Part shown: piece after piece, positions 32,344 through 47,439 of the stretch | Layout of the letters: each line of letters opens with the position of its first letter | How positions within the stretch are numbered: the stretch's first letter is position 1 | Origin: Frankiales bacterium | GTDB taxonomy: Bacteria; Actinomycetota; Actinomycetes; Mycobacteriales; SCTD01 | Assembly: GCA_025965475.1 (NCBI GenBank) | Contig: JAOPWV010000165.1 | Span: forward strand, 6,307-70,306 | Direction of reading: 5' to 3' | DNA length: 64,000 bases | Translations under genes and position numbers: made by a program | The notes under the pieces: generated by a model | What the model was told of the DNA's origin: nothing | Seen by the model: only the letters and a program-made list of their open reading frames with translations | Databases searched by the model: none

Positions 32344-33332
32344 GCCCGGTCTGGGCCGCCGGCGCGGCCACCGGCGTCGGGAGCATGCCCGGCACGGATC
32401 CGCGTGAGGCGATCCGTGAGGTGCTCGGCACGCTGCCGGACCTCCCGTTCCTGCCCGAGCTGCCGGCCCGCGGACCCCACTCCGACCTCATCGGCCGCGG
32501 GACCGCCCTGCTCGCCGACCTTGCCGTCGACCTGCAGCCGAGCGGGTGGCGCATCACCGCCCGCCCGTCCCGCGACAGCCGGCGCGCCCGGGACCTGCTG
32601 GCCCAGGACCTCGACGCGCTCGAGGAGACCGAGGCGCGCCCCCCGGTGCTCAAGGTGCAGGCCGTCGGGCCCTGGACGCTCGCCGCCACCCTCGAACTCA
32701 CGCGCGGGGACCGCATGCTGGCCGACCACGGCGCGGTCGCCGACCTGGCCGCCAGCCTGGCCGAGGGCCTGCGCGCACAGCTGGCCGACCTGGGTCGGCG
32801 GCTGCCTGGCACGACCCTGCTGCTGCAACTCGACGAGCCATCCCTGCCTGCGGTCCTGCGGGGGCAGATCCCCACGGCCAGCGGGTTCGGCCGGCTCCGC
32901 GTTCCGGACGAGCAGACCGTGGCCGAGCGGCTGCGCACCGTGCTCGACGCGGCCGAGCACACCGTCGTGCACTGCTGCGCCCCGCGCCCACCGATCCAGC
33001 TGCTGCGCAAGGCCGGCGCCGGCGCGCTTTCCCTCGACGCCGCCGTGCTCACGCCGTACGACGACGACGCCATCGGGGAGGCCATCGAGTCGGGGGCCGG
33101 CCTGCTGCTGGGGCTCGTGCCGTCGACGGACGCCCCGCTGTCGGACCTCGGCGCCATGCTGGAACCCGCCAAGACGCTCTGGCGTCGCCTCGGGATGGAG
33201 CCGGACCGGATGCCGGCCGCGGTCGTCGTGACCCCGGCCTGCGGGCTGGCGGGGGCCTCCCCGGCGTACGCCCGCAGGGCCTTGGCGGTGAGCGCCGAAC
33301 TGGGCCGTCGGATGGGGGAGGAGCCGGAGTGA
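32340..33332 (+). CDS. Cobalamin-independent methionine synthase (MetE) catalytic-domain-like protein
   Basis: N-terminus ...GAATGVGSMPGTDPREA...LPDLPFLPELPARG matches the short MetE-like family found next to ligA in actinobacteria (recalled, not searched). Confidence 0.6.
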   Translation: MSPVWAAGAATGVGSMPGTDPREAIREVLGTLPDLPFLPELPARGPHSDLIGRGTALLADLAVDLQPSGWRITARPSRDSRRARDLLAQDLDALEETEARPPVLKVQAVGPWTLAATLELTRGDRMLADHGAVADLAASLAEGLRAQLADLGRRLPGTTLLLQLDEPSLPAVLRGQIPTASGFGRLRVPDEQTVAERLRTVLDAAEHTVVHCCAPRPPIQLLRKAGAGALSLDAAVLTPYDDDAIGEAIESGAGLLLGLVPSTDAPLSDLGAMLEPAKTLWRRLGMEPDRMPAAVVVTPACGLAGASPAYARRALAVSAELGRRMGEEPE

Positions 33333-35429
<2,097 letters not shown>

Positions 35430-35459
35430 CCCGACCGGCCCACGGCCGGAGCCTGCCCG

Positions 35460-36128
35460 TCAGGCGGTCGTCAGCCGGGCTGCGGCGGCCGCCGCCACCG
35501 TCGCCGTGATCCCGGCCAGGTGGGCCAGGCGCAGCACCTCGGACGCGCGGAAGCGCGGACCGCCCGTGCGGCCGAGGAGCACCACCTGGTCGGGCCCGCC
35601 CACCGGGGCCGCGGCCAGTTCGGTCCCGAGCAGCTCCCAGCGCTCCGGCACCCAGGGCTCGGTCGAGTCCATCCGTCGTGCCGCCGTCAGCGGCAGCCAG
35701 GGCATGGTGACGTCGTCCATGTCCGGGGCTCCGGCGCTGGCGGCGACCACCCCGGTACCGGTCTGCACGACCACCGCCCAGCCGGCGCGGAACACCCCGG
35801 GTGCGCTGTCGGCGAGCAGGGCCAGAGCGTCGTCGGGGGACGCCGCGAGCTCGTCGACGAGCTCGAGGTCGCGGTGCAGGTCGGGGGAGCCGAGGAACGG
35901 GCGCATGGTCTCCACGACGACCCCCGGCACCGAGTGGGCGCTGGTGATGAGCCGGTCGGCGAGGCCGCCCGGCGGCAGCTCGACGAGAAGGTCGTCCACC
36001 GCGCCGTCCGGCCCGCGCTCGACGACGTCGAGGCTGAGGATGTCGGCGCCGGCCTCACCGAGCGCGGTCGCGACCGCGCCCAGCATGCCGGGCCGGTCGG
36101 GAAGGACGAGACGGAGCAGATAGGGCAC
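35460..36128 (-). CDS. ACT-domain-containing protein
   Basis: VPYLLRLVLPDRPGMLGAVATALGEAGADILSLDVVERG is a typical ACT domain. GTG 36128 has a GAGGAG SD 5 nt upstream. The upstream part of the 328-aa ORF does not look coding. Confidence 0.65.
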   Translation of the reverse strand: MPYLLRLVLPDRPGMLGAVATALGEAGADILSLDVVERGPDGAVDDLLVELPPGGLADRLITSAHSVPGVVVETMRPFLGSPDLHRDLELVDELAASPDDALALLADSAPGVFRAGWAVVVQTGTGVVAASAGAPDMDDVTMPWLPLTAARRMDSTEPWVPERWELLGTELAAAPVGGPDQVVLLGRTGGPRFRASEVLRLAHLAGITATVAAAAAARLTTA

Positions 36129-36278
36129 GGGTTCTCCTCGTCGCAGATGGCCCATGGTCACGGCTGGTCGTGTCCACGGTGTTGCGTGCGGGTGCACCAC
36201 CGTAAAACCTCCGCGGGCCCGGCGGGGGTCCCGCCCTAGACTGGGGGCCCGTCCTGCACGCCTTCTCGAGGGAGCCGC

Positions 36279-36581
36279 ATGTCCCAGATCACCCGCGAGG
36301 AGGTCGCGCACCTCGCGCGGTTGTCGCGGCTGGCGCTCGACGACGCCGAGCTCGACGGTCTCGCCGCGCAGCTCGAGGTCATCCTCGAGGCGGTCGCGAA
36401 GATCGGCGAGGTCACCGACGCGGCCGACGTCACCCCGATGACGCACGCAGTGCCGCTGGAGAACGTCATGCGCCCCGACGTCGTACGCGCGTCGCTGCCC
36501 CGCGAGGACGTGCTCGCCGGCGCCCCCGCGGCCGAGGACGACCGCTTCCGCGTGCCGCGCATCCTGGATGAGGAGTCATGA
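36279..36581 (+). CDS. gatC: Glu/Asp-tRNA amidotransferase subunit C
   Basis: [20 protein letters not shown]...E matches GatC. 100 aa. Its stop overlaps the gatA ATG (ATGA). Confidence 0.9.
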   Translation: MSQITREEVAHLARLSRLALDDAELDGLAAQLEVILEAVAKIGEVTDAADVTPMTHAVPLENVMRPDVVRASLPREDVLAGAPAAEDDRFRVPRILDEES

Positions 36582-38041
36582 CCGACCTGACGCGGCTCAC
36601 CGCCGTCGAGACCGCCGTCGCGATCCGGGACAGGGAGGTCAGCGCCACCGAGGTCACGCAGGCGCACCTCGACCGGATCGCCGCCGTGGACGGCCAGGTC
36701 CACGCCTTCCTCCACGTGGACCCCGAGGGTGCGCTCGACACCGCCCGCCGGGTCGACGCGGGCGAGCTGTCCGGGCCGCTCGCCGGCGTACCGCTCGGGC
36801 TCAAGGACGTCGTCGTCCAGAAGGGCGTCCCGACCACGGTCGGCTCGAAGATCCTTGAGGGCTGGCGCCCGCCGTACGACGCCACGGTCGTGAAGCGGCT
36901 GCGCGAGGCCGGTGTCGTCATCCTCGGCAAGACGAACATGGACGAGTTCGCGATGGGCTCGTCGACCGAGCACAGCGCCTACGGCCCGACCCACAACCCG
37001 TGGGACCTGTCCCGGATCCCCGGCGGTTCCGGCGGCGGCAGCGCGGCCGCGGTGGCCGCGTACGAGGCGCCGCTCGCGATCGGCACCGACACCGGCGGCT
37101 CGATCCGCCAGCCGGCCGCCGTCACGGGCACCGTCGGCGTCAAGCCGACCTACGGCGGGGTCAGCCGGTACGGCCTGGTCGCGTTCTCCAGCAGCCTGGA
37201 CCAGGCCGGCCCCTGCGCCCGCACGGTGATGGACGCCGCGCTGCTGCACGAGGCCATCGCCGGCTACGACCCAGCCGACTCCACGTCCATCCCGTCGCCC
37301 GTTCCCCCGGTCGTCGAGGCGGCCCGGCAGGCCGACGTCTCCGGCCTGACCATCGGGGTCGTGCGCGAGCTGTCCGGCGAGGGCTACCAGGCGGGCGTGC
37401 AACAACGCTTCGAGGAGGCCGTCGAGACGCTCACCGAGCTCGGTGCCAAGGTCGTCGAGGTCAGCTGCCCGCACTTCGTCTACGCGATGCCGGCCTACTA
37501 CCTGATCGCACCCAGCGAGGCGTCGTCCAACCTCGCCCGCTTCGACAGCGTGCGCTACGGCCTGCGCGTCGGCGACGACGGCGAGCGCAGCCTCGAGGAG
37601 GTCATGTCTCTCACCCGGGCGCAGGGCTTCGGGGCCGAGGTGAAGCGGCGCATCATCCTGGGCACCTACGCGCTGTCCAGCGGCTACTACGACGCGTACT
37701 ACGGCCAGGCGCAGAAGGTCCGCACGCTCATCACCCGCGACTTCACCGCAGCCTTCCAGCAGGCCGACGTCCTCGTGTCCCCGACCACGCCGACCGTCGC
37801 CTTCCCGCTGGGGGAGCGGCTCGACGACCCGCTGGCGATGTACCTCGCCGACCTCGCCACCATCCCGTCGAACCTGTACGGCGGACCGGCGATGTCCCTG
37901 CCGGCCGGCCTGTCCGAGGGACTGCCGGTCGGCCTGCAGATCATGGCGCCGACGATGCGCGACGACCTGCTGTACCGGGTGGGCGCGGCCTTCGAGGCGG
38001 CCCGGCCCGCGCCGGTCCCCCCGCTGTCCTGGGAGGCCTAG
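36578..38041 (+). CDS. gatA: Glu/Asp-tRNA amidotransferase subunit A
   Basis: Amidase signature [13 protein letters not shown]...[13 protein letters not shown]. Confidence 0.95.
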   Translation: MTDLTRLTAVETAVAIRDREVSATEVTQAHLDRIAAVDGQVHAFLHVDPEGALDTARRVDAGELSGPLAGVPLGLKDVVVQKGVPTTVGSKILEGWRPPYDATVVKRLREAGVVILGKTNMDEFAMGSSTEHSAYGPTHNPWDLSRIPGGSGGGSAAAVAAYEAPLAIGTDTGGSIRQPAAVTGTVGVKPTYGGVSRYGLVAFSSSLDQAGPCARTVMDAALLHEAIAGYDPADSTSIPSPVPPVVEAARQADVSGLTIGVVRELSGEGYQAGVQQRFEEAVETLTELGAKVVEVSCPHFVYAMPAYYLIAPSEASSNLARFDSVRYGLRVGDDGERSLEEVMSLTRAQGFGAEVKRRIILGTYALSSGYYDAYYGQAQKVRTLITRDFTAAFQQADVLVSPTTPTVAFPLGERLDDPLAMYLADLATIPSNLYGGPAMSLPAGLSEGLPVGLQIMAPTMRDDLLYRVGAAFEAARPAPVPPLSWEA

Positions 38042-38454
38042 TGCAGGTCGTCTTCGACTGCGCCGACCCGGCCACGCTGGCCGAGTTCTGGGCGGCCGCG
38101 CTCCCGGGCTACGCGGTGCAGCCGCCGCCGCCCGGCTTCGACAGCTGGCCGGACTTCCTGCGGGCGCGCGGCGTCCCGCAGGAGCAGTGGAACAGCGCAT
38201 CCGCCCTCGTCGGCGACGGCCCGCGGATCTTCTTCCAGCAGGTGCCCGAGCCCAAGTCGGGCAAGAACCGGCTGCACCTCGATCTCCATGCCGGCGGTGG
38301 CCCGTCGGTGCCGTACGACGAGCAGGTCCGCCGGGTCCAGGCCGAGGTGGCCCGGCTCATCGCGCTCGGTGCCACGTTCGTCGAGCAGCGCGAAGGCCTG
38401 GGCATCGCGTGGGCCGTCCTGACCGACCCCGAGGGGAACGAGTTCTGCGCATGA
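38041..38454 (+). CDS. Glyoxalase/VOC-like small protein inserted between gatA and gatB
   Basis: [21 protein letters not shown]...NRLHLDLH...[12 protein letters not shown] follows the VOC/glyoxalase-like pattern. GTG shares 1 nt with the gatA TAG. Its stop overlaps the gatB ATG (ATGA). GGGAGG SD upstream. Confidence 0.7.
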   Translation: MQVVFDCADPATLAEFWAAALPGYAVQPPPPGFDSWPDFLRARGVPQEQWNSASALVGDGPRIFFQQVPEPKSGKNRLHLDLHAGGGPSVPYDEQVRRVQAEVARLIALGATFVEQREGLGIAWAVLTDPEGNEFCA

Positions 38455-39971
38455 CCACCACCACGTCCAAGACCACGCCCACCGTGCCGTACGACGAGGC
38501 GCTGCGGGAGTTCGAGCCGGTCATCGGCCTCGAGACGCACGTCGAGCTCGGCACCGCGTCGAAGATGTTCTGCGGCTGCGCGACCGAGTTCGGCGCGGAG
38601 CCGAACACCCAGGTCTGCCCGGTCTGCCTCGGCCTGCCCGGCGCGCTGCCGGTCGTCAACGCCAAGGCGATCGAGTCGACGATCCGCATCGGGCTGGCGC
38701 TGCACTGCGACATCGCCCCCTGGGGCCGGTTCGCGCGCAAGAACTACTTCTACCCGGACATGCCGAAGAACTTCCAGACCTCCCAGTACGACGAGCCGCT
38801 GTGCGTCGACGGCTACCTCGACGTGCAGGTCGACGGCGAGACCGTCCGGATCCCGATCGAGCGGGTGCACCTCGAGGAGGACACCGGCAAGTCGCTGCAC
38901 GTCGGCGGTTCGACCGGACGCATCCACGGGGCGACGCACTCGCTGGTCGACTACAACCGGGCCGGCATCCCGCTCGTCGAGATCGTGACCCGCCCGGTCA
39001 CCGGGACGGGGGCGCACCCCGCCGAGGTCGCCAAGGCCTACGTCACCGAGCTGCGCGACATCCTGCGCGGGCTCGACGTCTCCGACGTGCGCATGGAGCA
39101 GGGTTCGCTGCGCTGCGACGTCAACGTCTCGCTCAACCGGCCCGGCGACGACTGGGGCACCCGCTCGGAGACCAAGAACGTGAACTCGCTGCGCTCGGTG
39201 GAGCGGGCGGTGCGGTCGGAGGTCGAGCGGCAGGCCGGCATCCTGCGCACCGGCGGCCGCATCGTGCAGGAGACGCGGCACTTCCACGAGGACACCGGCA
39301 TGTCGACGTCCGGCCGGTCGAAGGAGGAGGCGACCGACTACCGGTACTTCCCGGAGCCCGACCTGGTCCCGCTCGCCCCCGACGCGGACTGGATCGCCGA
39401 GCTCAAGGCCGCCCTGCCGGAGGCGCCGTCGCTCCGCCGCCGTCGGCTGGTCGAGCAGCTCGGCCTGTCCGAGCTGGACTCCCAGGCCATGACGAACGCC
39501 GGCGTACTCGACCTCGTGCTGGCCACCGTCGACGCCGGGGCGCCCGCGGCGGAGGCCCGTAACTGGTGGCTCGGGCACCTCGCGCAGCAGGCCAACACCC
39601 GTGGCCTCGAGCCGGCTGAGCTGCCGATCTCGCCCGCACAGGTGGCGCGGGTGGTGGAGCTCGTCTCGGCCGGTTCGCTGACCGCCGGGCTGGCCCGTCA
39701 GGTCGTCGACGGGGTGCTGGCCGGCGAAGGGGAGCCGGACGAGGTCGTCGAGGCCCGCGGCCTGGCCGTGGTCTCCGACGAGGGCGCGCTCGCCGCCGCG
39801 GTCGACGACGCCATCGCCGCGCAGCCCGACGCCGCGGACAAGATCCGGGCCGGCAAGGTGCAGGCCGTCGGCGCGCTCGTCGGCAGTGTCATGAAGGCCA
39901 CCCGCGGGCAGGCCGACGCCTCCGTCGTACGCCGGCTGCTGCTCGAGCGCCTCGGCGTCACGGAGGACTAG
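38451..39971 (+). CDS. gatB: Glu/Asp-tRNA amidotransferase subunit B
   Basis: [22 protein letters not shown] and [14 protein letters not shown]. Start at ATG 38451 (MTTTTSKT...); the upstream part of the ORF is out-of-gene. Confidence 0.95.
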   Translation: MTTTTSKTTPTVPYDEALREFEPVIGLETHVELGTASKMFCGCATEFGAEPNTQVCPVCLGLPGALPVVNAKAIESTIRIGLALHCDIAPWGRFARKNYFYPDMPKNFQTSQYDEPLCVDGYLDVQVDGETVRIPIERVHLEEDTGKSLHVGGSTGRIHGATHSLVDYNRAGIPLVEIVTRPVTGTGAHPAEVAKAYVTELRDILRGLDVSDVRMEQGSLRCDVNVSLNRPGDDWGTRSETKNVNSLRSVERAVRSEVERQAGILRTGGRIVQETRHFHEDTGMSTSGRSKEEATDYRYFPEPDLVPLAPDADWIAELKAALPEAPSLRRRRLVEQLGLSELDSQAMTNAGVLDLVLATVDAGAPAAEARNWWLGHLAQQANTRGLEPAELPISPAQVARVVELVSAGSLTAGLARQVVDGVLAGEGEPDEVVEARGLAVVSDEGALAAAVDDAIAAQPDAADKIRAGKVQAVGALVGSVMKATRGQADASVVRRLLLERLGVTED

Positions 39972-40954
39972 CTCGGGCCGCCGGCCTCGGTGTCGGCCTC
40001 GCGGGCGCTGTGGCGGGCCAGCAGGACCGCGTTGAGTTCGCCGCCGACGAGCAGGCCGAGGCAGAGCAGGTACAGCCACGTCATGAGGATCAGCCCGCCA
40101 CCGAGGGCTCCGAGGACGGGCGAGGACCGTACGGCGACCTGCAGGTAGACGTTGAAGCCGACCGAGGCGCCGAGCCAGAACAGTGCGGCCAGCAGGCCAC
40201 CCGGCAGCCCCTGCCGCCACCGGCCCTGCCGGTCGGCGCACAGGTGGTAGAGCGTCGTCGCCCACAGGATCAGGGACGCGAAGGCCACCGGCCAGCGTGC
40301 CCAGGACCAGAGGGCGGCGTACTCGCTCGTCAGCCCGATGCTGGTGACGACGTCCTCGGCCTTGCCGAACAGCGGCCCGATGACGATCAGCGTCACGACG
40401 ACGGCGCCGGTCAGCACGCTGCCCAGGCCGATCACGAGGCCGAGCCCGCGCCGCGCCCACCAGCCGCGCTGGTCGTGCACGTCGTAGACCAGCGTCACCG
40501 TGTTGATGACGCCGGCGAAGGCGGTGGCCACGGACGCCAGGGCCAGCGCCGAGGCGAGGGTCAGGATGTTGCCGCCGGTGTCGAACAGGTGCCGGGCGGT
40601 CTCCAGCGCGGGGTCGGCCTGCTGGGTCAGCAACCGGGCGAGGAACTCGAGTACCGCCTCCTGCACCCGCTGCGCGTTGCCGCGGCCGATGATCAGCTGC
40701 AGCTGGCCGAGGACCGCGGCGGCGACGAGCAGGGTCGGGAAGACCGTGAGGACGGCCATGAACGCGTTCTCGGACGCCAGGCCGAGGACGCGGTCGCGGT
40801 CGGCCTTGCGCCACACGTCGGCGATGGTGCGCAGCACCCAGCGGACCGGGCCCCCGACGTGCGGGCGCGCGGCCTCCGCCGCGGTCGCGGCCGCGCGCGC
40901 CTGGGCGCTGCGCCGGTCGGCCTCGGCCGTCAGCCCGACGGGTGGGGAGCTCAC
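39968..40954 (-). CDS. YihY/BrkB-family integral membrane protein
   Basis: [19 protein letters not shown]..., several TM helices and the GGELNAVL motif near the C-terminus. GTG 40954 overlaps the upstream hydrolase stop (GTGA). The 3' end overlaps the gatB stop (CTAG). Confidence 0.75.
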   Translation of the reverse strand: MSSPPVGLTAEADRRSAQARAAATAAEAARPHVGGPVRWVLRTIADVWRKADRDRVLGLASENAFMAVLTVFPTLLVAAAVLGQLQLIIGRGNAQRVQEAVLEFLARLLTQQADPALETARHLFDTGGNILTLASALALASVATAFAGVINTVTLVYDVHDQRGWWARRGLGLVIGLGSVLTGAVVVTLIVIGPLFGKAEDVVTSIGLTSEYAALWSWARWPVAFASLILWATTLYHLCADRQGRWRQGLPGGLLAALFWLGASVGFNVYLQVAVRSSPVLGALGGGLILMTWLYLLCLGLLVGGELNAVLLARHSAREADTEAGGPS

Positions 40955-41880
40955 GGAGTCCACCGGGTCATCGTCCCCGAGGCCTCCGGCGCCGCCGCCT
41001 GCGGCCCCGGCGACACGTGGCTGCGCCGGGCCAGTTCGCCGAGCGCGGCGGCGACGAGCTCCGGGAACTCCATCGGCAGGAAGTGGCTGCCGGGCAGCAC
41101 CGTCATGTGCGCGTGCGGGATCTTCGCGGCGGCGTCGACGACGTCGTCCATCGAGGTGAGGACGTCGTACCGGCCGGCGAGCAGGGTGGTCGGGCACTGC
41201 ACGAACGACAGGTCCATCGGCGAGTGCTCGCTCGCGGCCACCGCGAGACCCATGTACCAGGTCCAGTCCTGCCGTAGGAACTCGTCGAGCATCGGGGTGA
41301 CGATCTCGGGCCGCGCGGCCGGCCGCATGAATCCGCTGTGCGTGAGCAGCCACGTCAGCCGGTCGCTCACCGGGACCCGGTGCGCCAGCGGCGTCAGGGC
41401 CGGACCCGCCAGCCGCAGCAGCCGGGCCGTCCCGGTCGCGATCGGCTTGCGCAGCCGACGGGGGACCCGCAGCGGTGCGCCCATGGTCCCGAACGTCCCG
41501 CCCGGTACGCCGGCCACCGCCAGCAGTCCGGCGACCCGGTCCGGGTGCCGCTGGGCGAACTCGAAGGCCACGTTGACGCCGACCGACCAGCAGGCGACGA
41601 GCGCGCGGTCGATGCCTTCGTGGTCCATGAGGGCGACCATGTCCTGCACGTGGTCCTCGACGCGGATCCGGCCCGGATCGGCCGGGCGCTCGGAGCCGAA
41701 CGTCCCGCGGTAGTACCAGGTGGACACGCGGTAGCCGCTGTCGGCGGCGGTGAACGCGGGCCAGGCCTCGGGGATCGTGCCGAGCCCGTTGGCGAGGACG
41801 ACCGGCAGGCCCTCGGTGTCGTTGCGCCACCCGCGGATGGGGGTCCCGTCATGGCTCGGGAAGTCGAACGTGGTCGGCAC
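40951..41880 (-). CDS. Alpha/beta-fold hydrolase
   Basis: Nucleophile-elbow-like ACWSVG and a late GSHF motif. 309 aa with typical length and architecture. Confidence 0.75.
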   Translation of the reverse strand: MPTTFDFPSHDGTPIRGWRNDTEGLPVVLANGLGTIPEAWPAFTAADSGYRVSTWYYRGTFGSERPADPGRIRVEDHVQDMVALMDHEGIDRALVACWSVGVNVAFEFAQRHPDRVAGLLAVAGVPGGTFGTMGAPLRVPRRLRKPIATGTARLLRLAGPALTPLAHRVPVSDRLTWLLTHSGFMRPAARPEIVTPMLDEFLRQDWTWYMGLAVAASEHSPMDLSFVQCPTTLLAGRYDVLTSMDDVVDAAAKIPHAHMTVLPGSHFLPMEFPELVAAALGELARRSHVSPGPQAAAPEASGTMTRWTP

Positions 41881-41990
41881 CGCACCAGGCTAGGCGGCGT
41901 GGGCGTACGCGGACGTAGAGTCCTCTCACCGCCGTCCCGCCGCCGGCCCACCCGCCGGTTCGCCGTACATCCTCCCGAGGCGCCCTCTTC

Positions 41991-43679
41991 ATGAGCACGA
42001 ACAAGCCCCGTTCCACCGACGTCACCGAAGGCGACCGCCGCGCGCCCGCCCGCGCGATGCTGCGGGCCGTCGGTTTGACCGACGACGACATCGACAAGCC
42101 GCAGATCGGCGTCGCCTCGTCCTGGAACGAGATCACCCCCTGCAACCTGTCCCTGGACCGGCTCGCGAAGGCCGCCAAGCAGGGCGTGCGCGAGGCCGGC
42201 GGGTTCCCCATGGAGTTCGGGACCATCTCGGTCTCCGACGGCATCTCCATGGGCCACGAGGGCATGCGCGCCTCGCTGGTCTCCCGCGAGGTCATCGCCG
42301 ACTCGGTCGAGACGGTGGTCTTCGCCGAGCGCCTCGACGGCACCGTCACGCTGGCCGGCTGCGACAAGTCGCTGCCGGGAATGCTCATGGCCGCCGCCCG
42401 CCTCGACCTGGCGAGCGTCTTCGTCTACGCCGGCTCGACGCTGCCCGGCAAGCTCAAGGGCCTGGACGGCGAGGACACCGACCTCACCATCATCAGCGTC
42501 TTCGAGGCGGTCGGCGCCTGTGCCCGCGGCCTGATCACCCGGGACGAACTCCATGCCATCGAGAAGGCGGCCTGCCCGGGCGAGGGCGCCTGCGGCGGCA
42601 TGTACACGGCCAACACGATGGCCGCGGCCGCGGAGGCGCTCGGCATGGCGCTGCCCGGCTCCGCCGCCCCGCCGGCGGTGGACAAGCGCCGCGACGACAT
42701 CGCGGTGCGCTCCGGGCATGCCGTGGTGAACCTCATCGAGAAGGGGATCACCGCGCGGCAGATCATGACCAAGGAGGCGTTCGAGAACGCCATCACGGTC
42801 GTCATGGCGCTCGGTGGCTCCACGAACGCCGTGCTGCACCTGCTCGCGATCGCGCACGAGGCGAAGGTCGACCTGTCGTACGACGACTTCGACCGCATCG
42901 GCGACCGGGTGCCGCACCTCGCCGACGTGAAGCCGTTCGGCAGGTACGTGATGACCGACATCGACCGCATCGGCGGCATCCCGGTCGTCATGAAGGCGCT
43001 GCTCGACGCGGGGCTGTTGCACGGCGACGTGCTCACCTGCACCGGGCGGACGATGGCCGAGAACCTCGCCGACATGGATATCGCGCCGCTCGACGGCGAC
43101 GTGATCCGCGCGCTGAGCGACCCGATCCACAAGACCGGCGGCATCACGATCCTGCGCGGATCCCTTGCCCCCGACGGCGCAGTGGTCAAGAGCGCCGGCT
43201 TCGACGGCGACGTCTTCGAGGGCCCGGCCCGGGTGTTCGACGGTGAGGGCGGCGTCATGGACGCCATCGAGGCCGGCACGCTCAACAAGGGCGACGTCAT
43301 CGTCATCCGCTACGAGGGCCCCAAGGGCGGGCCCGGCATGCGCGAGATGCTCATGGTCACCGGCGCCATCAAGGGCGCCGGCCTCGGCAAGGACGTGCTG
43401 CTGCTCACCGACGGCCGGTTCTCGGGCGGCACGACCGGGCTGTGCGTCGGCCACGTCGCGCCCGAGGCGGCGGACGGCGGTCCCATCGCGCTCGTCGCCG
43501 AGGGCGACACGGTCCGGCTCGACCTCGGGGCCCGGACCCTCGACGTGCTCGTCGACGCCGAGGAGCTGCAGAAGCGCCGGGCCGGCTGGAAGCCACTCGA
43601 GCCGCGCTACACGACCGGTGTGCTCGGCAAGTACGCGAAGCTCGTCGGTTCGGCCGCCCAGGGCGCCATCACCGGCTGA
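41991..43679 (+). CDS. ilvD: Dihydroxy-acid dehydratase
   Basis: [41 protein letters not shown] and TDGRFSGGT. Confidence 0.95.
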   Translation: MSTNKPRSTDVTEGDRRAPARAMLRAVGLTDDDIDKPQIGVASSWNEITPCNLSLDRLAKAAKQGVREAGGFPMEFGTISVSDGISMGHEGMRASLVSREVIADSVETVVFAERLDGTVTLAGCDKSLPGMLMAAARLDLASVFVYAGSTLPGKLKGLDGEDTDLTIISVFEAVGACARGLITRDELHAIEKAACPGEGACGGMYTANTMAAAAEALGMALPGSAAPPAVDKRRDDIAVRSGHAVVNLIEKGITARQIMTKEAFENAITVVMALGGSTNAVLHLLAIAHEAKVDLSYDDFDRIGDRVPHLADVKPFGRYVMTDIDRIGGIPVVMKALLDAGLLHGDVLTCTGRTMAENLADMDIAPLDGDVIRALSDPIHKTGGITILRGSLAPDGAVVKSAGFDGDVFEGPARVFDGEGGVMDAIEAGTLNKGDVIVIRYEGPKGGPGMREMLMVTGAIKGAGLGKDVLLLTDGRFSGGTTGLCVGHVAPEAADGGPIALVAEGDTVRLDLGARTLDVLVDAEELQKRRAGWKPLEPRYTTGVLGKYAKLVGSAAQGAITG

Positions 43680-43707
43680 CGCGTCAGCGGCCCGCTGCCG
43701 TGCCTTT

Positions 43708-43747
43708 GCGGAAATTCCACAGCACCCCGGTGCTGTGGAATTTCCGC
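43708..43747. terminator. Perfect AT-rich palindrome gcggaaattccacagcacc-cc-ggtgctgtggaatttccgc; candidate ilvD terminator or protein-binding site
   Basis: Read directly. 19-nt arms are exact reverse complements. It lies 29 nt after the ilvD stop. No T-tract follows. Confidence 0.5.
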
Positions 43748-43771
43748 GAACCGGAGGTCGGGGCGGGCGGT

Positions 43772-43862
43772 GGTGGGACGGAGTGCTGCCGCGCGGGTGT
43801 GGCGGGGGCGGCGCACCCGTGAGCGCGACTGCCGTACCAGCATCTGGGATGGTCGTCCCACC
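43772..43862. promoter_or_regulatory. Inverted pair of GGTGGGACG (43772-43780) and CGTCCCACC (43854-43862) boxes just upstream of the candidate ilvB promoter
   Basis: Read directly. The same 8-9-mer occurs as an inverted pair in the leuA-leuB spacer (54036-54044 and 54069-54077). Confidence 0.35.
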
Positions 43863-43865
43863 TGC

Positions 43866-43894
43866 TTGACACAGCCGCCTACGTCACGCAGGCT
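43866..43894 (+). promoter_or_regulatory. Candidate promoter of the ilvB leader (TTGACA-N17-CAGGCT)
   Basis: Perfect -35 hexamer at 43866-43871. The -10-like CAGGCT keeps A2 and T6. The predicted start falls about 7 nt later, at the GTG of the leader ORF. Confidence 0.35.
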
Positions 43895-43900
43895 TGCCTT

Positions 43901-43927
43901 GTGCGTCACCTCCTCGTAGTTAGCTAG
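43901..43927 (+). CDS. ilvB leader peptide (V/M)RHLLVVS, apparently leaderless
   Basis: GTG CGT CAC CTC CTC GTA GTT AGC TAG, read by hand. It has two Leu and two Val codons in a row, no SD upstream, and sits 30 nt ahead of a strong terminator and 90 nt ahead of ilvB. Confidence 0.5.
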   Translation: MRHLLVVS

Positions 43928-43955
43928 CGCGTCCGCCCTCCGGCAGACGCGCTCA

Positions 43956-43988
43956 CCCCTCCGTGCTCCGCACGAGGGGTTTTTTGTT
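43956..43988 (+). terminator. Intrinsic terminator (attenuator) in the ilvB leader
   Basis: cccctc(c)gtgc-tcc-gcacgagggg (10 bp, one bulge) followed by TTTTTTGTTG. ilvB SD and ATG follow within 30 nt. Confidence 0.7.
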
Positions 43989-44017
43989 GCCCGCACAGCG
44001 CACAGGAGAAGTGTCAG

Positions 44018-47354
<3,337 letters not shown>

Positions 47355-47370
47355 TTCCCCGCACGACCTG

Positions 47371-47408
47371 ACGACGGCCCGTCCTCCTCACGGAGGGCGG
47401 GCCGTCGT
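47371..47408. terminator. Bidirectional stem-loop terminator between ilvC and the convergent secreted-protein gene
   Basis: acgacggcccgtcctcc-tcac-ggagggcgggccgtcgt (17-bp stem, one G.U pair), followed by gcTGTTTc. Confidence 0.6.
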
Positions 47409-47439
47409 GCTGTTTCAGGGGCCGTGCCGGTTCAGGGGC

